Source of the DNA: Candidatus Altimarinota bacterium | GTDB lineage: Bacteria; Patescibacteriota; Gracilibacteria; UBA1369 | Length of the DNA stretch: 64,000 nt | Direction of reading: 5' to 3' | Assembly (NCBI GenBank): GCA_963677745.1 | Contig: OY782391.1 | Span: forward strand, 1,152,001-1,216,000 | Part shown: positions 56,476 through 64,000 of the stretch, in pieces | How the letters are laid out: the number at the start of each line of letters is the position of its first letter | Position numbering within the stretch: the first letter of the stretch is position 1 | Position numbers and translations under genes: made by a program | Notes under the pieces: generated by a model | Seen by the model: only the letters and a program-made list of their open reading frames with translations | Databases searched by the model: none | What the model was told of the DNA's origin: nothing

Positions 56476-58473
56476 ATGAAATTTATTTTGTGGATTAAGA
56501 GAAAAAAGCTGCTGATCGGCTTTATGTTAATAGTGATTGCTGCTGTGATCTATTGGCTGTTTTTTATGAACGGAACAAAAACCAGCGCTACTAAATATAC
56601 TCTAAGTGCCGCTACCAACGGTTCCATCATTTCCTCCATCAGCGGCAGCGGGCAGGTGGCTGCGGAATCCCAGGTGGATTTAAAACCACAGGCTTCCGGA
56701 AAAATAACATCCCTGCAGATCAAGGAAGGAGAGCAGGTCAAAACAGGTCAGACTTTGGCTATTATCGACAACAGTGATGCGGTCAACAACATCCGTGATG
56801 CGGAACTGAACCTGGAACAGGCCAAATTGAACCTGGAAAACATTTTGGATCCAGCCGACAACTTGAGCTTAACGCAAGCCAAGGACTCCTATAATCAGGC
56901 TGTCAGGGATTTAAACTCACTTTTAAAACCCGCCGAACAATCCGATCTCGATAAAGCAAAAAATGCTGTGCAGGAAGCAACCCGCAAGCTGGCCCAGGTT
57001 AAAAGTGATTATGAAAGCCAGCAGCTGAGCGGGGAGCAAAACTTGGATAAGGCTTACCAGGATGCTTATAACGCCGTTTTTAATTCTGTTACCAACATGC
57101 ACACCTTCACTGACGATATGATTGATGTACATTACAATGACAGTAGCGATAATGGTGAAGATTACATTTCCGCCTTCAATATCGTTTTAGGGAATGGTAA
57201 CTCCTCCGTAGTTAATTATCAGACAGATTTAAGTAACGCGGTCAGTGCAGTGGATCACAGCAATTACAAGACAATGATCAAATCTACTGATCCGACCACT
57301 ATCAAACAGCAGATGGACGATGCGAGAGTTTTGGCCCAGACTGTCTATCGGGCTTTGGGGACAACCAGAATTCTTATCAATAATTTACAAAGTTATGATC
57401 TAAAATATTACGTCTTTAAAGACGTAATTGAGAAAATGAAGCCAATCATCGAACAGGATATTTCCACCATTAACAGTTACATCAATACCCTGAATGATGC
57501 CGCAGACAATCTGAATCTGGCGGAGTTGAACTCTCCGGCCGCACTGCAATCAGCCCAAGACGCCATCACCTCCGCCGAATCAAATTTAGAGGAACAGCAG
57601 AATGCCCTGGAAAAATTGCAGGAAGGCCCGACTGCCGAAGATCTTGCCACGGCTCGGGAAAAAGTCCAGGAAAAACTTCTGGCCTACCAGAATCTTCAGA
57701 CTCCCGATAATGATTTTGAGGTTAAAGCCCAGAAAATTGCCATTACCCAAAAGGAAATTGCCCTGGCCAGAGCCAAAGACACGCTGGCGGATTATTCGGT
57801 GAAGGCCCCCTTCGACGGCAAAATTGCCACACTGGATGTCCGTCTGGGGGACACTGTTTCTTCAGGAACAACAGTCGCGACGATCATTTCTACAGAATAT
57901 CTGGCGGAAGTCGACCTCAATGAAGTTGATGTCCCCCAAGTGAAAAACGATAATAAAGTAACCATCACTCTGGATGCCTTTCCCGATGATACTCTTACCG
58001 GCAGGGTGATTTCAGTTGATTCGGTGGGAGCTTCCGATCAGGGTGTGGTCAATTACACTGCCAAAATCAGTTTTGATAATATCATTGACGGCGTAAAACC
58101 CGGTATGACGGTGAGTGCCACTATCATTACCGATGTGAAACAGGATATTCTGTTAGTTCCCAGCGAGGCAGTAAAAAGTGATGGTGAGACCAGTTATGTG
58201 GAATATTTTGACCCGCCGCCGTCCAACTATGACGAAACTACCTTAACGCTTAGTTCCGCCTCGGTTCCGCTGACCAAGGAGGTAACCGTCGGCTCCAGTG
58301 ACGACACCAATACCGAAATTACCGGTGGATTGTCTGAGGGCGATCTGGTTGTCAGCAAAACCGTCAACGGCACTACCGGTACCGCCAAATCAACTGCTTC
58401 CGGCAGCGGTTCCATCAGAATTCCCGGCATTACCGGCGGAGGGGGATTCGCCGGAGGAGGGCCTCCGGGTTGA
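56476..58473 (+). CDS. Membrane-fusion/periplasmic adaptor protein (MacA/HlyD-like, long coiled coil)
   Basis: N-terminal TM, SGKI..L.IKEG.QVK.GQ.LA lipoyl half, APFDG, E.D...VK, KPGMT, LLVP..AV, GLSEGD.V. Confidence 0.9.
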   Translation: MKFILWIKRKKLLIGFMLIVIAAVIYWLFFMNGTKTSATKYTLSAATNGSIISSISGSGQVAAESQVDLKPQASGKITSLQIKEGEQVKTGQTLAIIDNSDAVNNIRDAELNLEQAKLNLENILDPADNLSLTQAKDSYNQAVRDLNSLLKPAEQSDLDKAKNAVQEATRKLAQVKSDYESQQLSGEQNLDKAYQDAYNAVFNSVTNMHTFTDDMIDVHYNDSSDNGEDYISAFNIVLGNGNSSVVNYQTDLSNAVSAVDHSNYKTMIKSTDPTTIKQQMDDARVLAQTVYRALGTTRILINNLQSYDLKYYVFKDVIEKMKPIIEQDISTINSYINTLNDAADNLNLAELNSPAALQSAQDAITSAESNLEEQQNALEKLQEGPTAEDLATAREKVQEKLLAYQNLQTPDNDFEVKAQKIAITQKEIALARAKDTLADYSVKAPFDGKIATLDVRLGDTVSSGTTVATIISTEYLAEVDLNEVDVPQVKNDNKVTITLDAFPDDTLTGRVISVDSVGASDQGVVNYTAKISFDNIIDGVKPGMTVSATIITDVKQDILLVPSEAVKSDGETSYVEYFDPPPSNYDETTLTLSSASVPLTKEVTVGSSDDTNTEITGGLSEGDLVVSKTVNGTTGTAKSTASGSGSIRIPGITGGGGFAGGGPPG

Positions 58474-58489
58474 TCATCAATTCTCAAAA

Positions 58490-59194
58490 ATGATTGAATT
58501 AAAAGACATCAGTAAGACTTACTATAATGAAGGGGGAAATACCCCGGTCTTGAAAAAAATCTCCTTCCAGGTAAAGTCCGGCGAATTTGTGGCCATAATG
58601 GGGCCTTCCGGATCGGGTAAATCAACGCTGATGCACATTATTGGAGCCCTGGACAAACCCACCGGCGGTGAATATTTCCTGGACGGCAAGAACATGTCCC
58701 GCCTGTCCGATGATGAATTGTCCGAGATCCGCAGTAATAAAATCGGTTTTGTTTTTCAGTCTTTTAATTTGTTGCCGCGGGCCACGGTTTTGCGCAACGT
58801 TATGTTACCTCTGGTTTATGCGGAGATACCGCACCGGTTGCGGGACCAGAAAACCAGAACCGCACTGCATGCGGCCGGAATGCCCGAGGAAAGATGGCAT
58901 CATTTTTCCAATCAGATCTCCGGGGGACAAATGCAGCGTGTGGCCATTGCCAGAGCACTGGTCAATGACCCCGCCATCATTTTAGCCGACGAACCTACCG
59001 GCAACCTGGATTCCAAAACCGGGGAAATCGTGCTCGGGACTTTTCAAAAACTCAATCAGGAAAAAGGGAACACAATCATCCTGATCACTCATGAACAATA
59101 TGTGGCGGAACATGCCGCCCGCATCATACACCTCCGTGACGGGCATCTGGTGGAGGATATAATGGATCATAACCGCAGAATAATCAAACTCTAA
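58490..59194 (+). CDS. ABC ATP-binding protein (MacB/LolD-like)
   Basis: [45 protein letters not shown]; ATG 58490. Confidence 0.94.
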   Translation: MIELKDISKTYYNEGGNTPVLKKISFQVKSGEFVAIMGPSGSGKSTLMHIIGALDKPTGGEYFLDGKNMSRLSDDELSEIRSNKIGFVFQSFNLLPRATVLRNVMLPLVYAEIPHRLRDQKTRTALHAAGMPEERWHHFSNQISGGQMQRVAIARALVNDPAIILADEPTGNLDSKTGEIVLGTFQKLNQEKGNTIILITHEQYVAEHAARIIHLRDGHLVEDIMDHNRRIIKL

Positions 59195-59195
59195 T

Positions 59196-60410
59196 ATGCT
59201 GATCAAAGATCTTATTTTTGAAGTGAATTCGGCAGTGACGGTCAACAAAGCCCGTTCCGGGCTGACGATTTTGGGAATTGTTATCGGCATCGGATCTGTT
59301 ATTGCCATGGTATCAATCGGGCAGGGAGCCCAAAATTCCATCGAAAGCAGCATCCAATCGATCGGAGCCAATCTGCTGATTGTAATGCCGGGGGCTCAAC
59401 GTACCTCCAGGGTCAGCAGTGGCATGGGATCGGCACAGAGTCTGACTCTAAAAGATTCTGAAGCACTTGCCGCAATTTCTTCCATAGAGGCTGTTGCCCC
59501 GGAAGTATCCCGCCGTTATCAGGTTACAGCCAAAGGAAACAATACCAATACCCAGATTACCGCCTCCACGCCGAATTACACCCAGGTCAGAAATGTGGAA
59601 ATTGATACCGGTAAGTTTTATTCCGATGCCCAAAATAAAAGTAAGGCCAAAGTTGCCGTAATCGGCCCGACCGTACGCGATGATCTGTTCGGTGAAGGTT
59701 CCAATCCGATTGGTTCCACCATCCGCATCAACAAAATTGATTTCAAGGTGATCGGCGTGACCAAATCCAAGGGCGGAAGCGGCATCAGCAACCAGGACGA
59801 CGCTATTTATGTCCCCATTAACAGCGCGATGCTTTATCTCTCCAATTCCAAATATTTAAGTACCATTGCCCTCCAGGCCAAAAGCGCTGAAATTATTACC
59901 ACTGCCCAGGAGGAAATCACCTCTATGATGCTTTCCCGTCACAAGATTACTGATTCCACACTGGCTGATTTTAGTGTGATCACCCAGGCGGATATTGTAG
60001 CCACAGCCTCTTCCGTGACCGGCACCTTTACCATTTTGTTGGCGGCAATAGCCAGTATCTCACTGCTGGTCGGAGGAATCGGCATCATGAATATGATGCT
60101 GACCACGGTGACCGAAAGAACCCGTGAAATCGGATTGCGCAAGGCCATTGGCGCTAAAAGTGCCGATATCAGCCTGCAGTTTCTGATGGAGTCCGTATTG
60201 CTCACCTTTCTGGGAGGGGGGATAGGTATTGCTTTGGGCTGGCTGATTTCCGTTATCGTCAGTATGACACTGAATGTCAGTACCAGCATCAGCCTGTCGG
60301 CTGTAATACTGGCTTTTGGAGTGTCCGCCGCAATTGGTATAATCTTCGGATTTTATCCCGCGCGCCGTGCCTCCCGCCTCAATCCGATCGAGGCCTTAAG
60401 ACATGATTAA
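59196..60410 (+). CDS. MacB-like ABC permease
   Basis: RS.LT.LGIVIG..SV, SLLVGGIGIMNMML..VTERTREIGLRKAIGA, PARRAS.LNPIEALR. Confidence 0.94.
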   Translation: MLIKDLIFEVNSAVTVNKARSGLTILGIVIGIGSVIAMVSIGQGAQNSIESSIQSIGANLLIVMPGAQRTSRVSSGMGSAQSLTLKDSEALAAISSIEAVAPEVSRRYQVTAKGNNTNTQITASTPNYTQVRNVEIDTGKFYSDAQNKSKAKVAVIGPTVRDDLFGEGSNPIGSTIRINKIDFKVIGVTKSKGGSGISNQDDAIYVPINSAMLYLSNSKYLSTIALQAKSAEIITTAQEEITSMMLSRHKITDSTLADFSVITQADIVATASSVTGTFTILLAAIASISLLVGGIGIMNMMLTTVTERTREIGLRKAIGAKSADISLQFLMESVLLTFLGGGIGIALGWLISVIVSMTLNVSTSISLSAVILAFGVSAAIGIIFGFYPARRASRLNPIEALRHD

Positions 60411-60434
60411 CAACATAATTAATAACCTACTTTT

Positions 60435-60869
60435 ATGAATAAAACGAAAAAATCTGTTCTCTATTCAGTGATCGTGCTGATCCTGATTGCCCTGTCATTT
60501 TACGGAGGCATGCAATACCAGAAAACCGGCAACGGCACTAAAAACGTTAACCGCAGTCAGCTTCCCGGTATGGGAGCGGGAGGGGCCGGCGGAAGAAATG
60601 CCGGTGGGTTTACCACCGGTGAAATTGTTTCCCTGGACGGTCAGAGCCTGACCATAAAAATGCCCAATGGTAGTACAAAAATTGTTTTCTACTCGGCTAA
60701 AACACCCCTGGCCAAACAATCACCTGCTACCTTGGAAGATTTGAAAGCTGGCGAAACTGTAACCGTAGTTTCCACGGCCAACCCTGATGGGAGCGTCACT
60801 GCTAAAAACATTCAGATTGGCAAAGTTATCATGAACACTCCACCCTCCATGTCACCTCCGGCAGTGTGA
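60435..60869 (+). CDS. Small exported OB-fold-like protein (DUF5666-like)
   Basis: TM ending FYGGMQY; GEIVS.D...T..DLK.GE.V.V....DGSVTA..IQ. Confidence 0.7.
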   Translation: MNKTKKSVLYSVIVLILIALSFYGGMQYQKTGNGTKNVNRSQLPGMGAGGAGGRNAGGFTTGEIVSLDGQSLTIKMPNGSTKIVFYSAKTPLAKQSPATLEDLKAGETVTVVSTANPDGSVTAKNIQIGKVIMNTPPSMSPPAV

Positions 60870-60886
60870 TAAAAAACCTGAATGTT

Positions 60887-60962
60887 TGGTCGGAGTGGCG
60901 GGATTCGAACCCACGACCTCACGCACCCCATGCGTGCGCGCTACCAACTGCGCTACACCCCG
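60887..60962 (-). tRNA. tRNA-Pro(GGG), copy 2
   Basis: Identical to 56257..56332. Confidence 0.96.
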
Positions 60963-61148
60963 ACAAAATGTTCAACGCCTAAACAGCCCAAACCGGGCAA
61001 ACGGTCAAATCAAGCCAAACAATAATAGATATATTTCGGCCGATTTCAAGCTGGAAATCCGGCAGTGAACTGATGCCCTGCCGGATATTGCTTGTCGAAC
61101 CGTGAATATTGGCTTATATTTGCCTTAAATATTTTCTAACAAAAAAAT

Positions 61149-62297
61149 ATGAAAAAATATCTGGCACTGGCGCTGCTGATTTTTACCATGGGCGCCCCGA
61201 CATCACTGGCGGACATCCCGGTTGAGGGGATGAAACCGATTCAGGTCTGCGCTTATTTCAACAACACCGAGGCCCTGCTGGACACCGTGGCGGTCTGGGG
61301 TTATGAAACGGCACCTGATGGAGGTAAAGTTGATCTTTCGAAGTTTATCTCCAATGAATGTTTCTCCCTGGGTTACAAATTCAACTCCTATCATGTCTAT
61401 GGTACGACTGCCAAACACGCCGCAGATGTCAGCGCGGACAGCTACGACCCCTCAACGGATCCGGAGGCCTATCCCACCGATCTTGATCTTCAGTTGGGCA
61501 TGCTCTATGTGGACGAAAACAGCACTCTGACCCGTATCATGAACGAATATCATATCGTGAAACTCGATACCGCGGCCGGTAAACTGGTCATCGAACCGGT
61601 ACTGACCAGACGTTTTTACGGTACAAACGAAACTCCCACCATTGTTCCAGGAACCGTAACTGCCATGTCCTGGACTGAAGATCAGGTCTACCCTCCGGCT
61701 GCCAAAGATGCGGTATTTACCGATGTCGACGGAAACAGCAAGTATTATGACGCCTTGAAATATTTGAAGGATCAGAAGATTATTTCGGGCTATCCCGACG
61801 GCAGTTTCAAACCGGGTAACACCATCAACCGCGCCGAATTTGTAAAAATAGTTTCCGGAAGCGTAGCTACCCAGGACGAGCTGACCAACTGTTCCGCCCA
61901 CTACGCCAGTCAGGGGGACTATATGCTTACTCTGTTTTCGGATGTGGCTTTTGCCATGGTTGGCGGAAATGAACCGCCCTGGTATTTCGATTTTGTTTGC
62001 ATCGGCAAACTGAACGGATTCATCGGCGGCTATCCGGACGGATCATTCCGTCCAGCCAATGAAATAAATTTTGTGGAAGCTGCCAAGATTATTGTAGAAG
62101 TGGCGGGCAAGCCAACCTCATCCACAGACCCCTGGTTCAAAAAATATGTGGAGGCATTGGAAAATAAAAATGCCATCCCGACTACCATCACTGCTTTTGA
62201 CCAGAAGGTGACGCGCGGTGAAATGGCCGAAATAATGTACAGATTGAGGGCACAGGTAAACGATCTGCCTTCACAAACCTACGCCGGTCTAAAATAA
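61149..62297 (+). CDS. Secreted protein with C-terminal SLH domains
   Basis: Signal ..SLA|DIP; FTDV..GYPDGSFKPG.TINRAEF, GYPDGSFRPA.EINFVEAAK, TRGEMAE (similar to the SLH region of 393..3086). Confidence 0.86.
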   Translation: MKKYLALALLIFTMGAPTSLADIPVEGMKPIQVCAYFNNTEALLDTVAVWGYETAPDGGKVDLSKFISNECFSLGYKFNSYHVYGTTAKHAADVSADSYDPSTDPEAYPTDLDLQLGMLYVDENSTLTRIMNEYHIVKLDTAAGKLVIEPVLTRRFYGTNETPTIVPGTVTAMSWTEDQVYPPAAKDAVFTDVDGNSKYYDALKYLKDQKIISGYPDGSFKPGNTINRAEFVKIVSGSVATQDELTNCSAHYASQGDYMLTLFSDVAFAMVGGNEPPWYFDFVCIGKLNGFIGGYPDGSFRPANEINFVEAAKIIVEVAGKPTSSTDPWFKKYVEALENKNAIPTTITAFDQKVTRGEMAEIMYRLRAQVNDLPSQTYAGLK

Positions 62298-62310
62298 CCC
62301 CAGTCGACCT

Positions 62311-62670
62311 ATGATGGTCTTCATGCTGACATTCATCAAGGCTCTGGGGCTTACCGTTTTCATTGAATGTTCCATCGCAGCCGCCCTGCGACGCTTCGCA
62401 GGGCGGCTGCTTTTCCCGTCTGAAACGCCGTATTGGCGTCTTCTGGCAATTGTGGCTTTGGCTTCCTGCCTTACTTTGCCTTATGTCTGGTTTGTTTTTC
62501 CGGAAATATTTCCGGGTCGTCTCGCCTATCTGATTAGCGCCGAGTTGTTTGCCCTGCTGGTTGAGACTTTCTGGTATTTACTGGCCCTGCGGCAGCGACT
62601 TCGCCAGGCCTTTCTGCTGTCATTTTTGGCCAATCTGGGCTCACTGTTGTTCGGCCTGTTTTTGTTCTGA
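62311..62670 (+). CDS. Small 4-TM membrane protein
   Basis: LTVFIE, LTLPYVW, AELFALLVE, LSFLAN hydrophobic segments. Confidence 0.7.
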   Translation: MMVFMLTFIKALGLTVFIECSIAAALRRFAGRLLFPSETPYWRLLAIVALASCLTLPYVWFVFPEIFPGRLAYLISAELFALLVETFWYLLALRQRLRQAFLLSFLANLGSLLFGLFLF

Positions 62671-62702
62671 AAATCCCCTCATTGTTAAAGCCTCAGACAG
62701 AG

Positions 62703-62731
62703 TTGACGGAAAGTGGAGAAAATGGTAAAAC
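62703..62731 (+). promoter_or_regulatory. Sigma70 promoter with long leader
   Basis: TTGACG-17 bp-TAAAAC with a TG extension; GGAGG at 62861 is 8 nt before the ATG. Confidence 0.55.
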
Positions 62732-62873
62732 ACTTGCTCGGACTAAGATTTAACAATTTTGATCCGGTCGATGGTGGTTCTTGAATAGTCTTCAAGTGGC
62801 GATCATCAAAGTTCATTGAAAGCCAGAGTCAACGAAGACCATTACAGGGAGGCCATAAACGGAGGAGAGTTCC

Positions 62874-63461
62874 ATGAAATCATTTACATCCATACCGTCC
62901 GTAGTTGCGCTGAGTCTCTGTCTTGCCGGTTGCGGTGAAACCGTAGTCATCGGCGAAGGAGCGCCAGACCCCAAGTGTGGTCTGGCTCCCCGGAGCACCA
63001 TCGAGTTGCTGGGGGAGCAGATGATCGCCCGGGGACAAGCCATCGTGGCCGATAACAGCTGCATGGAAAAGTACCAGCAACACCTTCAGGAGCTGAAAGA
63101 CCAGGGAGTCTGCACGGAGGAAAACTGCTGGAAATTGATCGGCAAAGAGGCCAAAGTCTGCAGCTACCAATACGCCGTGACCGTCAATGAGCCCACTGTG
63201 ACGCGTTGCGGTGCTCAGGTACTGGTTGTACCCAAGGGCGTCCTGCCGGAAGAGTACGTTATGAACTTCGAGCAGCAGGTCGACACCGACGGTGACGGCG
63301 TGTCCAACTACGACGAGTACGAAGGCTTCTCCGATCCTTGTACGGCCAACTCCGTCGATGTCTGCAAAAGCGACGGCGAGCTGGATTACGACGAGGACGG
63401 CCTGCCCAACGACTCCGATCAATACCCCAGTTGCCCCGGTCTGGAAACACCCGCCTGCTAG
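62874..63461 (+). CDS. Cys-rich lipoprotein with thrombospondin type-3-like Ca-binding repeats
   Basis: Lipobox LAGC; DTDGDGVSNYDE, DYDEDGLPNDSDQYP; clear SD. Confidence 0.75.
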   Translation: MKSFTSIPSVVALSLCLAGCGETVVIGEGAPDPKCGLAPRSTIELLGEQMIARGQAIVADNSCMEKYQQHLQELKDQGVCTEENCWKLIGKEAKVCSYQYAVTVNEPTVTRCGAQVLVVPKGVLPEEYVMNFEQQVDTDGDGVSNYDEYEGFSDPCTANSVDVCKSDGELDYDEDGLPNDSDQYPSCPGLETPAC

Positions 63462-63521
63462 ACCCACCCTTGATTCTGGCTCATCCGCGCCGATCTGCTT
63501 CACCCCAGCTTCAACGCTGCA

Positions 63522-63548
63522 GGGAAAAGTGCGACCGGCGCTTTTCCC
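63522..63548 (+). terminator. Hairpin downstream of the lipoprotein gene (no clear U-tail)
   Basis: gggaaaagtgc-gaccg-gcgcttttccc 11-bp stem. Confidence 0.4.
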
Positions 63549-63629
63549 ATGCCTGTGATATTGAAAAACGTCTGCTTTCAAAAAACGCTCAGACGTGGCA
63601 TAATATAAAGATAATATTAATTAAACCCG

Positions 63630-64000
63630 ATGCCTGAAGTAATCGATCTTCTCAAAAAAGCCAGCATCAGCATGCTTCTTGACGGTTACGATGACATCTT
63701 CTCGGATTTCGACCCGAGGCCGTACACAGAAAGAGCCATCTCCGATGATTTTTTGATTCAGGCCCACAAGGCCGTGCATGAAACCAAATCGGGTCACTTT
63801 GAATTGCATCTGCTGATTCCCAAACACAAGCACAATCCGCATGAGGATCCGGTAATAAAAGAAAGATTGCATCAGCATTTCAGGATTTCCGAACATCAGT
63901 TATCGGCTTCCGCCAGACAGACCAGAAAAAAAGGAATTCTTCTGACTGTTGTGGGATTTATTCTGATGTTTTTGGCCACCTATGCCAGAATCTCCATGTC
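63630..64000 (+). CDS. Hypothetical membrane protein (truncated by window end)
   Basis: Own translation: MPEVIDLLKKASISMLLDGYDDIFSDFDPRPYTERAISDDFL...KKGILLTVVGFILMFLA, open to the window end. Confidence 0.7.
   Translation, partial: MPEVIDLLKKASISMLLDGYDDIFSDFDPRPYTERAISDDFLIQAHKAVHETKSGHFELHLLIPKHKHNPHEDPVIKERLHQHFRISEHQLSASARQTRKKGILLTVVGFILMFLATYARISM

Noticed and set aside
56256-56498. ORFs beginning MVGVAGFEPTTS (also 60886..61068) and the N-terminal extension of ORF 50821..51933
   Set aside because: They are translations of tRNA-Pro genes, not proteins
1-64000. Alternative genetic code 25 (TGA=Gly), as in Gracilibacteria
   Set aside because: Conserved genes are uninterrupted in code 11 and several end at TGA at their expected C-termini

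Overview
Gene-dense bacterial chromosomal window using genetic code 11 (TGA ends many well-conserved genes such as hflX and rnc). Several features point to a Patescibacteria/CPR organism, possibly Peregrinibacteria-like (inference): AT-rich, mostly Shine-Dalgarno-free upstream regions, three SLH surface proteins, Cys-repeat lipoproteins, an FtsA-like plus baseplate-J-like gene pair and a DUF222-type HNH. Recognisable housekeeping content includes hflX, comF, murF with DegT and FemAB neighbours, yceD-rpmF-nusB-rnc, pepA, trxB-ahpC, an interrupted sufCBD/sufSUT cluster, topA, pepF, ABC transporters and a MacAB-type cassette. No rRNA, CRISPR array, integrase or transposase was seen. Main points of interest: (1) a minus-strand run of ftsA-like, membrane-anchored baseplate-J-like, 916-aa lipoprotein (internal AxA site and Gly/Ala-rich hydrophobic helical region), PKD and fibre-like genes, a candidate host-contact apparatus; (2) three tRNA-Pro genes with near-identical bodies about 4.5 kb apart, two of them exact direct repeats bracketing the MacAB cassette; (3) an HD-CYTH-NUDIX-ABC exporter operon starting 13 nt after a tRNA CCA end; (4) a degenerate MEMO1-family gene inside the suf cluster; (5) candidate structured RNAs next to the HNH gene and in the ftsA-like leader. 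All calls come from motif reading by eye; no database searches were run.
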